64,000 nt of DNA from a virus: IMG/VR virus record IMGVR_UViG_3300045988_121434, positions 32,336 to 96,335 of that record; one strand, 5' to 3'. Of the stretch, positions 15,469 to 25,986 are shown in pieces; positions within the stretch are counted from its first letter, which is position 1; each line of letters opens with the position of its first letter. Under the pieces are notes generated by a model. It made no database searches and was not told the origin of the DNA. It saw nothing but the letters and a program-made list of their open reading frames with translations. The position numbers and the translations under genes are program-made.

Positions 15469-16547
15469 CAGTCGTAGATATTTTCCGCTATTTCGTTTTC
15501 TTGCTCCTCCGTCAAGCGGTCAGAAGAGGAGCTGGACGAAAACCCTGGGGCTGCGATATTCCGTACACCTCTGTTTTGTCTCCAATGTTCCGGGTCTGGA
15601 TGTTTGATGTAGCCGCCTGTGTCCTGAGCAATCCTCTGACGTTTCTGAGAGGCATCCAGTCCTTGCGGATGTTCCACCAAATATATTCTCTTTTGAATAC
15701 CCCCCCCGTTTCGGATAGCCTTAATAGCCTTTATCCAGTTGCGCTTGATATGCGGATAGCGTTCATTCTCGATGCGTTTCTGCTTTGCAGACGACATAGG
15801 GCAGCCGATGCAGCCGATGCGATGCCATCCCTCGTCGTAGAGCGAGCAATGCGGAACCTTCACCACATCGTTAAGAAACTCCCATACGTCCTTTTCCGTC
15901 CAATAAATGATGGGTGAAATAAGCAGACTCTCTTTGCCGTGGATGCAGCTTAATGTCTGTTCTTCATCAGCATTAGTGATATTCACGCCTTGCTCCTTGG
16001 ATTTACGGCGAGCACGTTTAGCCTTCAGCTCCTGACGATATTCGTCCAGACCGTCAAGATTGCCACTAAACTTTCGGTTATTTATTTCTACCTCATTTCG
16101 TTTGGCTCGGCGTGCGCTCTCTGCCTTGCGGATGCCGATTAGCGTTACCTTGCCAGCACCTGCCGTTTCCTTATATTCAGCGCAACACCAGCGCACACGC
16201 ATAGTGGGCAGAATCTGCTTTTCTACGGCAATCTGAAAGATAGATTTGCCAGGCTTTAGCAGTTCCACCTCGGGATAGTTCTTCTTAACGAAACGTATCA
16301 CTTCGGGTGGATCAACGCTCGTAAGATTCATGTGACCGCGAAATTTCACCCCCGCCAACTGAGTCATGTGGAAAAGAGCTTGAGAATCCTTTCCACCACT
16401 AAACGCCAAGTAATATCCATTCTCGGCATCATAGTTGAGGGCTATCTTCTCTGCTTTTTGCAGCAGCTCCACCGAGTGAAGCATCTTTTTTCGCAGTCCT
16501 TCCGAAGCTCGCTCCAATGCTTCGGCAAGCGTAATGTCTATATTCAT
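15390..16547 (-). CDS. PAPS-reductase-like PP-loop ATPase family protein
   Basis: It has the PP-loop YLAFSGGKDSQAL, followed by Cys-containing motifs (RWCC, CIGCP) and a basic central insert. A G8 tract on the coding strand (C8 at 15700-15707) is in frame. Confidence 0.7.
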   Translation of the reverse strand: MNIDITLAEALERASEGLRKKMLHSVELLQKAEKIALNYDAENGYYLAFSGGKDSQALFHMTQLAGVKFRGHMNLTSVDPPEVIRFVKKNYPEVELLKPGKSIFQIAVEKQILPTMRVRWCCAEYKETAGAGKVTLIGIRKAESARRAKRNEVEINNRKFSGNLDGLDEYRQELKAKRARRKSKEQGVNITNADEEQTLSCIHGKESLLISPIIYWTEKDVWEFLNDVVKVPHCSLYDEGWHRIGCIGCPMSSAKQKRIENERYPHIKRNWIKAIKAIRNGGGIQKRIYLVEHPQGLDASQKRQRIAQDTGGYIKHPDPEHWRQNRGVRNIAAPGFSSSSSSDRLTEEQENEIAENIYDWWISGKSYKQWYAEKFQQMKLDFGEL

Positions 16548-16574
16548 GTCTATTCTTAAAAATATTGTTGTTAT

Positions 16575-17594
16575 TTATATTCCGTACTTCTTCAGATACC
16601 CCTCACACTTGAATCCCTTTCTTGGCATGAAGTCCTTGAAGTCGGTGGTGCAGAATATCATTCGCTTGTTGCACCATCGGGCCATATCCTTTTGCCATTC
16701 GGGGATGACGTGATTTGGATTTGTAGGGTTGCGGTATGGTTGTGCGTAGGCATACACGGCTCTGCCTTCATGGTTCTTGCGGAAGCGTTGCAGTCGCTCC
16801 CACCAGTAGTGTAGACGGTGGTAACATTCTCGGAAGTCGTTCTTTCCGCCTATCATGGTATAGAGAAAGTATTCGCCACGGAATCCTGCATCATTGATTA
16901 GCTTCATGGCTCGTTCACATTCCGCTATCTGTGCCGTGGTGTCGCAACCGAAGCGGATGCGAGAGTCTATCCATTTCACTTTGCCTAACAGCTCGGCATA
17001 TTCGGGAGTAACAAGCCGTGCGTCCATCGCCTGATTGAAGTCGATATGCAGACCGAGGTCGATTATCTTCTGAAACTGCTTCTTGGCATAGTCGCCCGCC
17101 GCAAGAATGTTGTTGTCCATCAGCACAACGTGCGTTTTGCCCTCGATGGCTATCTCCTCTATATCCATGTACGGGCGGATGAACCCTTCCTTCTTTGGCA
17201 CCACACACCAGAAACACTTGTTGGGACAGCCCTCGGTCAGTTTGCCGTAAGCATGGTTCTTTGGCACCCATGGGAACAACTCGTATAGCGGTTGCAGTCG
17301 GTCTATTTCGTCGGGAAGACGCTTATAGATGTCGTAGCCAGTGCCACCCTTCTCCAGTCGGTCGTATGAGAACTGGCGAAAGTCGATGTCTGGCGAAAAG
17401 TTAAAAACCTTGCTGGCATACAGTATGTCGTAATGAGCATGACAGAAAAGGTCGATAGGTTGCGCCCATTCCACTTCATCGCCTTGCATCGTGTGTCAAC
17501 GGGCAATCTTGCCGAGAGCCACGTTAGGGTATATCGTAGCTCCCCATTTCTTTTTGCCGTGTCGTCCGTCCACGTCTATGAGTCCTATTTTCAT
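16575..17594 (-). CDS. Radical-SAM enzyme with an in-frame TGA (17496-17498)
   Basis: It has the CX3CX2C motif (GCPNKCFWC). The tracked ORF starts at 17489. The same frame continues upstream through one TGA to an ATG at 17594 (MKIGLIDVDGRHGKKKWGATIYPNVALGKIAR*HTMQGDEVEW), which lies 22 nt after the upstream gene. Confidence 0.6.
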
Positions 17595-17616
17595 CTCTAT
17601 TCTGTTTTGTTTTCAC

Positions 17617-18423
17617 TCATTCCGCATCATCCGTCTTTTCCGAATCCGTCAATTCGCTTTCTTTCATGTACCCGTGTCTAATCACATCCTTATCGTCCTT
17701 CTGCTCCATGTACTCGAAGTAGTCCGGCTCAGTGTCTTTGCCTACAGCCTGCAGGGATTCCTCTTCGGCTATATCCCGCATATCCTTTGCCGTAAGACCA
17801 TACTTGCGGGCCAGACGCAGCTTCTCCTCCTCGGTGTAGTTGATGCGGTCGCGCTTCACGATGCTCACATCCTGCGTGATGGCAATACGGCTCATATCCG
17901 GCATCTCATCGGTAGCGTCCTTCTCTTCCTGAAAGTTGCCATACACGTTGGCTAAGGCTTGCATACCCTTATCCACCGCACGATCGTTGTTTTGCTGCTT
18001 GCCCGTGCGTATCAACCATTCGGCAGACGAGAGGTACATCGCCTTGTGGCGCGGACTCTCATCGGTGGTGAAAAAGCGTATCAAGTAGTTGCACACCGTC
18101 ACATCGTTATTCAACTCCGTCACGGTGCGCGGCTTGATGTTTCCCTCATCATCAATGGTGATATGCAACGCAAGCACCATGTCTTGCGCCTCTTTGTTGC
18201 CCTGTGCCGCCTGATTCATAAACAGCTCGTAGTCGCGTCGAGCAATGTTGCGGCAGACGGTACGCGGATCAATGTCCTTGTTTTGAGTCCATCGTTTGTA
18301 AAACTCGGCGCATACCTGCATACGGTAGCGTTGCTCCAGCTTGGGGAAAGCCGTTTCAATGCTTGTGCCGTAGGATAGCCATTTGTTGATGCGGGCAAGT
18401 GTATTTTCGGTTATTGCTGACAT
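17617..18423 (-). CDS. Hypothetical protein, first gene of the minus-strand operon
   Basis: 268-codon ORF. No motif recognised. It could be a small terminase only by position. Confidence 0.5.
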   Translation of the reverse strand: MSAITENTLARINKWLSYGTSIETAFPKLEQRYRMQVCAEFYKRWTQNKDIDPRTVCRNIARRDYELFMNQAAQGNKEAQDMVLALHITIDDEGNIKPRTVTELNNDVTVCNYLIRFFTTDESPRHKAMYLSSAEWLIRTGKQQNNDRAVDKGMQALANVYGNFQEEKDATDEMPDMSRIAITQDVSIVKRDRINYTEEEKLRLARKYGLTAKDMRDIAEEESLQAVGKDTEPDYFEYMEQKDDKDVIRHGYMKESELTDSEKTDDAE

Positions 18424-18446
18424 AATAGTTTCTTATTTTTCTTCTC

Positions 18447-18454
18447 CAAAGTTA
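18447..18454 (-). promoter_or_regulatory. Bacteroidota-type -7 box (TAACTTTG) for the minus-strand operon
   Basis: It matches TAnnTTTG on the minus strand, 24 nt upstream of the ATG at 18423. Confidence 0.4.
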
Positions 18455-18532
18455 CTTAATTCACAATCCCCCATAAGGACAACCCCCGAACCCCTCACTC
18501 TTGTTTGTCCTTACTCCGCACAAGAAACACCG

Positions 18533-18540
18533 TACCTTTG
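18533..18540 (+). promoter_or_regulatory. Bacteroidota-type -7 box (TACCTTTG) for the plus-strand structural operon
   Basis: It matches TAnnTTTG, 55 nt upstream of the ATG at 18595, divergent from the previous box. Confidence 0.4.
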
Positions 18541-18594
18541 TTGTATAATCAAAACAGGATAACAACACAAAAACAAAACTAAGGAGGAGCAGAA

Positions 18595-19173
18595 ATGACC
18601 ATAAGCAACATCCTTGAACACTGGGCAACGATATACAAGCCCCTGTCGCACAAACCCGAAAGTGGACGATTGGAAGATCAGTCGTTTTTCCGCATACGCT
18701 ATATCGACCTCGAAAACATTTTTTCGCGTAATGCAAATGTTATCCATTCGCCTTGTATGCTGCAAAGCGTTACCACCACGGGCGAACTCCGCGACGCAAA
18801 GAAAGTGGAGGTGTCGCACCAGGTGTGGATGCTATCCAAGGTGAAAGACTCGGCACAGACGCTTGGCCGTTTCGACGGATTGAAGTTGGAACAGGCGGCC
18901 AACGATCTTGTGGAGTATTGCGAGGATTTGGTGTCGTGGTTGCTGGAGGTGAAGCGCACGGGAAAGTGTCCCAGAACCAACCGATCGTTTGCCGACGACG
19001 CGCAACTGCTTGCCGAACTGAAGGCGATTGACGCAGACAGCATTAGTTATGGCGTGGTGCCCGACCTCTATTCGGGGCAGTGGCTTATCGCCGGCGTTGA
19101 CTGGCGCAGCACCAAGCCGCTCTATCGCTTTGGTTGTAACGGCAACGGCAAATACATCACGTCTACGGAATAA
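18595..19173 (+). CDS. Hypothetical structural-module protein
   Basis: 192-codon ORF upstream of the tape measure gene. No motif recognised. Confidence 0.5.
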   Translation: MTISNILEHWATIYKPLSHKPESGRLEDQSFFRIRYIDLENIFSRNANVIHSPCMLQSVTTTGELRDAKKVEVSHQVWMLSKVKDSAQTLGRFDGLKLEQAANDLVEYCEDLVSWLLEVKRTGKCPRTNRSFADDAQLLAELKAIDADSISYGVVPDLYSGQWLIAGVDWRSTKPLYRFGCNGNGKYITSTE

Positions 19174-19266
19174 GCGACATAATTGTATCACGACAACGCT
19201 ACGCCCTATCCTTTATATATATAAGCGAGGGTAGGGCGGTTGTCTTTCATGTAAGGAGAAAGGTAT

Positions 19267-19794
19267 ATGGGTAAGCCTATCAAAAATCCGATGTTCCCTT
19301 TTAGTAGGGTAGCGGCACGTTTCTTCCAACAGACCATCAATCAGTTGGAGGTGAACACCATGACACAGTGCATCTATCCCAAGGAGGTGTATAATGGCTA
19401 TGCCGTGGTGAATCAGAAGCGCAAGGAAATGGGAATGTGGCACTCCACGGGCGAAGGTGTGAAGTCGTTTGCTGGAAAGATTATTGAAGCCGGAGAAAGC
19501 GGCAAGGTAACAATGGCTTTCAACTTCAACGAGTATATGCGATTTGCTGAAATGGGTGTCGGTATGGGTACGAAATATGAGGATGTGCAGAACACGAAGA
19601 AGGCTCGCTTTCAGTCGCGCTATATCAGCAAGTGGAACAGAAAGGAGGGAAGGTCGCATCGCCCGGCCATCATGATGGAACTTCGACACCTGCAACAGCG
19701 CATAGCCAACTATCTTGTGGCCTTCTATGGCTACGAGGGTCAGGTGCGCATGATCAATACCTTTGAGGAGTGCAGTCCTATCAAAATCATTTAA
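19267..19794 (+). CDS. Hypothetical protein upstream of the tape measure
   Basis: 175-codon ORF. By position it is compatible with a tail assembly protein. Confidence 0.5.
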   Translation: MGKPIKNPMFPFSRVAARFFQQTINQLEVNTMTQCIYPKEVYNGYAVVNQKRKEMGMWHSTGEGVKSFAGKIIEAGESGKVTMAFNFNEYMRFAEMGVGMGTKYEDVQNTKKARFQSRYISKWNRKEGRSHRPAIMMELRHLQQRIANYLVAFYGYEGQVRMINTFEECSPIKII

Positions 19795-19818
19795 CACGAA
19801 AACAACACAAATACGAAT

Positions 19819-22800
19819 ATGGCAACAGCTAAAAAAACTCAAATCGTCATTACTGCCAATGCAGCCGTAGCCAAAAAGGTGATGGACGAACTGCAACAGC
19901 GCATTGACGGCATCAAGCAGAAAATGGCTGGTCTTGATGTTACTACCAAGCAAGGACAGCGGGAGTTTAAGAAACTGGAGAAAGAACTGGTTTCGTATAA
20001 CTCGGCCGCATCACAAAACGTAACCAACACGGAGCGTATCAGCAAGGCAATGAAAAACTTATCGGGCACGTCGCTCAACGAACTGAAGCGCGCTCTTTCG
20101 GCTGCAAAAAGCGAAATCGGCAAGATGTCTGCCAACGACAAGGGACTGAAACAGATGCAGGGCAACGTAAAGGCTCTGCAAGGACAGATAGATAAGCTGA
20201 CTGGCTCTGTGCATAAGCAGGGTGGGGCATGGCAGACCGCTATGAAGAACCTTACTGCATACGTCGGTCTTTTTCAAGTTTTCAATGCTATCAAAAATAC
20301 GGTTACTTCTGCTATCAAGAAGAACTTTGAGTTTTCCAGCTCTCTGACCGATATTCGTAAAGTCAGTGGCTTGGCGATGGAAGATGTCAACAAGCTTGCT
20401 ACGGAGTTGGCTAAGATTGATACCAGGACTTCTATCGACGGACTCGCCCAGCTCGCCTATCAGGGCGCAAAACTCGGTATGGGTAAGTATGGCGTTGAAG
20501 GTATGAAGCAGTTTGTAGCTGCTGCCGACCAGATCAATGTAGCCATCGGCGAGGAGATGGGAGAGGAGGCACTGCCTGCTCTTTCTAAGTTGGTGGAAAC
20601 AATGGGTCTTATCCCGAAGATGGGTATCGAAAAAGCGATGCTTGCTACGGGGTCCGCCATGTTCAAGTTGGCATCTACCTCTACGGCCACATCTGGCAAT
20701 ATCGTAGAGTTTGCCAAGCGACTAACGGGTGTATCTCGTACTGCAGGTATCACTACCGACCAGTTGTTGGCACTTGGTTCTGCATCCGACTCCCTTTTTC
20801 TGATGCCGGAAGTAAGTGCTACGGCGATGTCTAAGTTCATTGTAGCCTTGCAGAAGAACCATAACCTTATCGAAAAGGATTTGGGTATTCAGCAGGGTAC
20901 CATCAAGAATATGTATGCCGCAGGTCATGCAATGGATGCTATCGTGATGGTTCTTGAAAAGATGCGAGATAAGGGTAACATGAATGCCCTGGGTGGTATC
21001 TTTAAGGATTTGGGTTCTGATGGCCAGCGACTCGTTACCGCTATGGTAACTATGTCGAAGAACGTAGATGTGCTGAAGGATCATCTTTACGAGTCGCAAG
21101 AGGCATTCGAGGAAGCTACCGCCGTAACAAATGAGTATAAGATGCAGCAGCAAAGTGCCATCGGTATTCTCGATAGAGCCAATAACCTTTGGGAGAAGGC
21201 TTTTGTCAATCCTGATGGTGTGGAAAGCGTAAAGGCTATGGCACAGGCATGGTACGATATGTCGCAGATGATATTGCAAAGCCCGGTATTCAAGAATACA
21301 CTTCAGGCAGCTCTGTGGAGTGTGATTACTGCTTGCAAGGTTTTTGTAACACTTCTCCCTCTTATCGCTAATTATGTGGCTGGTCTTGGCATTTATAAAG
21401 CCGTCACGTTTCTTTGGGAATTAGGTAAGGCCATAAAAGCTGCTGCAACGGCTCAAATCGCATTCAACTCTGCTGCAAAAGTAAATCCTTATGTAGCCAT
21501 TGCAAGTGCGATTGTTACCGCCGTAGGTGTGGTTTGGTCTTTTGTGAAAGCGGATAAAGAAGCTGCTGCTGCGGAAGCAGAGGCAGCACGCAAAGCTAAT
21601 GCCTGGAAAGACAAGTTGAAGGAGGCGCAATTACAAACCGATACGCTTACCCGAAAGCTCCACTCTTATAAAACAACCCTCGAGGCCCTGAATGTATCGC
21701 AGAATGCCCGTAATACTCAGATAGCCCGATTCAATCGCGATTTCCGTCAGTATATCTCTAAGTTGGGTATCGAAATCAAGAGCGTGGGCGATTTGAAGAA
21801 GCATTATTCAGAGTTGGCGCAGGAAATTCAGCGTGCTACTTATTATCGTCTTCGTGAGGAAGCCAAGCAGAATGTAATGCCATCCTATCAGATGGATCGT
21901 CTGAACGCAGCTAACCGTATCAAGAAGGAACTTGATAAGCTCGGTTTGTTTGCAGGTGGTTTCACCCAGAAGACCGTGATGGATATGTTCAATAAGGGTG
22001 CGGGCGCAGGTTGGATATGGCAGCAGATTATCAAGGCAAACGAAAAAGATGCCAAGCAGAATAGTTTCCGTTTCAACATGAAGACCGGAAATTATACCTA
22101 TATAGATAAAAATGGAAAGACTGTTAAGGTTAACCCTATTGGCTACAAAGGATTGCTGTCTTCGCTCGCTCATTTTCAGAACGCAACCAAGCGTGAAACG
22201 AATAAGGATAAGGAAATCAATGATTATTTCAATCAAGTAGTTAATCTTGATGGCTATACTCCTTGGGTAGAAGATACTCCTGGTACACTCGAAAATGAGG
22301 CACCCGATAAGGATGCTATCGCTGCTGCAAAGCAGGAGGAGCGTGATCGAAAACGTGCTTGGCGCGAGGAATTGAAGCAGAAGCAAGACCAGGCGAAGGC
22401 TATCATGGACGACGTAGATAACTACTACGACCGTCAGATTAATGCTAAGTTGGCCCAAGCTATATCTCTTAATATGGATGAAACCGAGCAGAAGCAGTTT
22501 GTTCTTTCTTTGAAGCAAAACAAAGAAACAGCCCGTTCGCAGGTGCGCCTTGCTGTTGCAGGAAAACCGAACAAGTGGGAGGATGCAAAGAAGATGATGG
22601 TTGCTGATAAGGTGGAACAAGCGGACGAGACGGGTATAGACCTTTCAAAGGATCTGCTTGACGGTATATTGAACAACAACATTGAAGGTCTGCGTAAACT
22701 TATGGCGGATTTGGGCAAAAATTTAGGCATGTCCATGAACTCCATCACAGCGCAGATTTTTGCTAAAGCCACTCGCAGCGAGCAGGAACTTCTGAAGATG

Positions 22801-25191
22801 CAACTCAAGCAGCAGGAGGCCCGTCGTAAGATTGTAATGGAGCATGATTATACGGGCGTTGTGCAGCAGAACTCGTATGACAACTTCAACGAAATGGGGT
22901 ATGCCGCGCCTACGAAGGAGGAGACCACTGTCACAAAAAAGATGGTTGACGGCAAGAAGGTTCTTGATACGTCAGCTTTTGACAAGCGTAGGAAAGCCAT
23001 CAAGGACATGTACGAGACAGCTCGCAAGAGTCTTGCCCAGCTCTATACCATTGATGTTTCAACAACGGATGGCAAAGGCGTTTTGATGAAAATGCTGTTC
23101 GGGAATGACCCTGACGGTATGGCAGCTCGAATAAAGGAGTCGTTGGGCAAAAACGAAGAGAGCTGGAAGGCTTTTTATCTGAACCTTATCCAGTACTCGG
23201 ATGAGTATGCCGCAGCCGAGAAGAAGAAGTATGATGAAGCTAAGAAGATCACTGATTTCTGGTGGTCGTCAAACAAGCGCAATCTTGCCCAACAAGAACG
23301 CATACGCAAAATACAGAATGAGAGCAATCTTTTCGGCAAGCGTACAAACCTTCTCTCTAATCTCGGTCTCGCCAATCTTACAGCCGACCCTGAGATAGAG
23401 TTGATGAAGGCCCGTATGCAAGCTGCTGAAGACTATTACGCTTTTGTGGAACGTAATACAAAGAACAAGCAACTCATTGACGAAGCCGAGCGAGCTCGCC
23501 AGGAGGCAGAGCTGGCTTACGCCAACCAAATGGCAACCGCCATGAGGTCGCGCCTCTCACAGATGAAGGAACTTGTGCAGCCTATTGAGGATTTCGGTGC
23601 AGCCGTTGGTCAGGCACTTGCCGACATGAAAAACGATGCCGACAGCGCGAACGAGGCAATCAAGAATGCTCTCAAATCTATGCTTGAGTCGTGGGGTAAG
23701 ATGGCTCTCAACGATGTGAACACACAGATGTGGAAAGCCATCAATGATGCAGGAGCGAAGAAGGGTCGCAAGGATGCGCAGCCTGACATACAAGCCGCAC
23801 GCGATAATGCCAAAAACAACTACACAGACTTTTCTGGTATCGATTGGCATAATTTTGGTACGGAGAATAGTCCTTTGTGGGTACGCTGGGCAGGCGACCA
23901 TTATGAGGACAAGTCGGGTTATGCAGTCTATACCAAGGAGGAAGGCACACCCCTGCCTAATCCAGATGGCAGTACACCTCAGGCAAACGAGCCGCCAGCC
24001 GCCTGGAAAAAGCGTCATCCCGATGGAACGATGGATGACTATAATCGTGAGGTGCAAGGAATAGCCGGACAGACAGGCGCGGCCGTTGCCGATGTTGCCA
24101 CTGGTCAGTCGTCACTCGCTGAAGCTGGTGCAGGCGTGCTTGCCGCTGGTGCAAATGCCGCGCTTAACGCTCCTATTGGTGGAAAGTCGAGCGAAGCCAA
24201 GGAGAAGGTAAAGCAACTTAAAGAAGAGAGAAAGCACCAAAGGGAACTTTCCAAGGAGGTAAAGAGGGGTTCCAAGGAACGCGAGAAAGAAAACAAGAAA
24301 GGTGTCGATAACATTACAAAGGACTCGTCAGAAGCCGGCAAGGAGCAAACGAAATTGGAAGAGGTGAAGCAGAACACCACCAACGCCATTGTTGAAGCTG
24401 GTTTAAACACTGCCTTCCAAAAGAAACAGGAGAATGATGCTGCCGTTGTTGAGCAGAGCAAGGACACGGCACAAGCCGAAAATACATTCTCTATCGTTGG
24501 CGCTATCGGCAAGTGTTTTGAGTTTCTTGGCCCTATCGCTGGTCCTATCGCCGCCGCTTCTGTCATGGCTATCCTTACTGGCTTGATGCAGTGGGGTTTG
24601 AATGCGGCCTTTGGCAGCAAGAATAAAAAGAGCAGTTCAAGCACCAGAAATACCAAACTCGTATCTGGTATGCTTACCTACGACGATGGTAACGTGCAAG
24701 ACCTGAAGCCGTTTGTCGCCGACAATGGTGAGGTATATTGGGCGGAGGAGCAAAGCGGTGTACCGCAATCCGGCGTAAACCTCCTAACCAGGCCAACCGC
24801 CACCACCATCAACGGGCAGCCATCTCTCGTAGCCGAGCGTGGTCCCGAACTTGTAATAGGCCGTGAAACCACCAAGGCTATGATGATGAACAATCCGTCC
24901 CTCCTGAAAGCCCTTGTCAATTACGACCGCAACTATTCGGGGCGCAACGCGGCCCGCAGAGTATTTGATGAAGGCAACATTGGCGAGGTTGTCGGTAATC
25001 TTTCGTCTGGTGCGTCAGCGACAGACGAGCTTATAAGTAACGCCACCGCAAGCAATGCGGCTCTCCTGCAAGCCGTAACCGCACTCCTTGCGCGTCTTAA
25101 CGAACCTATCTCGGCCAAGATTGATATGTATGGTCGTGGCAACCTCTACGACAGCATGACAAAGGCTAACCAGTTTATGAAGAACAAGTAA
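19819..25191 (+). CDS. Tail tape measure protein
   Basis: 1790 aa with long coiled-coil, Ala/Lys/Glu-rich stretches, internal hydrophobic helices (LWSVITACKVFVTLLPLIANYVAGLGIY, VAIASAIVTAVGVVWSF) and a Gly/Ala-rich C-terminal part. Confidence 0.8.
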   Translation: MATAKKTQIVITANAAVAKKVMDELQQRIDGIKQKMAGLDVTTKQGQREFKKLEKELVSYNSAASQNVTNTERISKAMKNLSGTSLNELKRALSAAKSEIGKMSANDKGLKQMQGNVKALQGQIDKLTGSVHKQGGAWQTAMKNLTAYVGLFQVFNAIKNTVTSAIKKNFEFSSSLTDIRKVSGLAMEDVNKLATELAKIDTRTSIDGLAQLAYQGAKLGMGKYGVEGMKQFVAAADQINVAIGEEMGEEALPALSKLVETMGLIPKMGIEKAMLATGSAMFKLASTSTATSGNIVEFAKRLTGVSRTAGITTDQLLALGSASDSLFLMPEVSATAMSKFIVALQKNHNLIEKDLGIQQGTIKNMYAAGHAMDAIVMVLEKMRDKGNMNALGGIFKDLGSDGQRLVTAMVTMSKNVDVLKDHLYESQEAFEEATAVTNEYKMQQQSAIGILDRANNLWEKAFVNPDGVESVKAMAQAWYDMSQMILQSPVFKNTLQAALWSVITACKVFVTLLPLIANYVAGLGIYKAVTFLWELGKAIKAAATAQIAFNSAAKVNPYVAIASAIVTAVGVVWSFVKADKEAAAAEAEAARKANAWKDKLKEAQLQTDTLTRKLHSYKTTLEALNVSQNARNTQIARFNRDFRQYISKLGIEIKSVGDLKKHYSELAQEIQRATYYRLREEAKQNVMPSYQMDRLNAANRIKKELDKLGLFAGGFTQKTVMDMFNKGAGAGWIWQQIIKANEKDAKQNSFRFNMKTGNYTYIDKNGKTVKVNPIGYKGLLSSLAHFQNATKRETNKDKEINDYFNQVVNLDGYTPWVEDTPGTLENEAPDKDAIAAAKQEERDRKRAWREELKQKQDQAKAIMDDVDNYYDRQINAKLAQAISLNMDETEQKQFVLSLKQNKETARSQVRLAVAGKPNKWEDAKKMMVADKVEQADETGIDLSKDLLDGILNNNIEGLRKLMADLGKNLGMSMNSITAQIFAKATRSEQELLKMQLKQQEARRKIVMEHDYTGVVQQNSYDNFNEMGYAAPTKEETTVTKKMVDGKKVLDTSAFDKRRKAIKDMYETARKSLAQLYTIDVSTTDGKGVLMKMLFGNDPDGMAARIKESLGKNEESWKAFYLNLIQYSDEYAAAEKKKYDEAKKITDFWWSSNKRNLAQQERIRKIQNESNLFGKRTNLLSNLGLANLTADPEIELMKARMQAAEDYYAFVERNTKNKQLIDEAERARQEAELAYANQMATAMRSRLSQMKELVQPIEDFGAAVGQALADMKNDADSANEAIKNALKSMLESWGKMALNDVNTQMWKAINDAGAKKGRKDAQPDIQAARDNAKNNYTDFSGIDWHNFGTENSPLWVRWAGDHYEDKSGYAVYTKEEGTPLPNPDGSTPQANEPPAAWKKRHPDGTMDDYNREVQGIAGQTGAAVADVATGQSSLAEAGAGVLAAGANAALNAPIGGKSSEAKEKVKQLKEERKHQRELSKEVKRGSKEREKENKKGVDNITKDSSEAGKEQTKLEEVKQNTTNAIVEAGLNTAFQKKQENDAAVVEQSKDTAQAENTFSIVGAIGKCFEFLGPIAGPIAAASVMAILTGLMQWGLNAAFGSKNKKSSSSTRNTKLVSGMLTYDDGNVQDLKPFVADNGEVYWAEEQSGVPQSGVNLLTRPTATTINGQPSLVAERGPELVIGRETTKAMMMNNPSLLKALVNYDRNYSGRNAARRVFDEGNIGEVVGNLSSGASATDELISNATASNAALLQAVTALLARLNEPISAKIDMYGRGNLYDSMTKANQFMKNK

Positions 25192-25342
25192 CGCTTGTTT
25201 CTTTACCTTGTTTAGAAACGTCTGTTCCGTCTGTTTCATCTGGTGACAATAAACATATACCATCGGATGATGTAGATGAGACAGACGCTTTCCTATTGGT
25301 ATTCTTTCCTGGAGGTGACGTCCGAGTGCATTTCTCCATTTC

Positions 25343-25878
25343 AAAAGTGCAAACTATGCACTTTTTGTAACTCGTTGTTTTTATGCACTCTAACCTATCG
25401 CTTCGCGCCAAAAGTGCAAAGTTTCGCCTAAATCGGCTACTATGTATATAGTTTTTCGGGTATTCTTTTATTTCTCCAAAATCAAAATCCCCGAACCTCA
25501 AATATAAAGTTAGTAGCATTAACGGCATAGCCTTAAACTATTGATTTTCAATTAATAAAGTAATAGTGAAAAAAAGCAAGGAACTGCAAAAACGCTGATT
25601 TTTGGCTTAAAATGAATACATCTATTTATATGTTTGTTGTCTTTACGCTCCACGTATTTATAAGAAATAATTAAATTTTTGCACTTTTAATAAGTAAAGA
25701 GTTGAAAATCAGAAGAAAAATGCAATTTCTAAATTGCACAAATATGGTACAAAGCATACATTTCTGTTGCACTTTGGAGAGTGTTTTTGCACTTTGAAGG
25801 AAAAAGAATCCTGAAGGTGATTTTCATTTTTGCACTTTTGAGGTGTGTTTTGTACTTCTGTGAGCCAAAAGTGCAAAG
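25343..25878. repeat. Iteron-like array of TGCACTTT / AAAGTGCA motifs (putative origin or operator region)
   Basis: There are at least 8 strong copies in both orientations (25343, 25357, 25410, 25680, 25767, 25787, 25840, 25867). They include an inverted pair AAAAGTGCA-n5-TGCACTTTT and a 17-nt duplicate GCCAAAAGTGCAAAGTT. A related palindrome, TGCAATTTCTAAATTGCA, lies at 25721-25738. Confidence 0.6.
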
Positions 25879-25986
25879 TTTTCTTTCGTGGTTTTTCATC
25901 TTCTTATTTCCATATAATAATTATTAAAAACATAACTAACATATAAAAAATATAACCCAACTATTGTTTATATAAGTTTTAATTAT

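Noticed and set aside
25175-25528. A 117-codon minus-strand ORF inside the iteron region.
   Set aside because: It overlaps the end of the tape-measure gene and the repeat motifs. Its composition is dictated by the AT-rich repeats, and there is no supporting start context.
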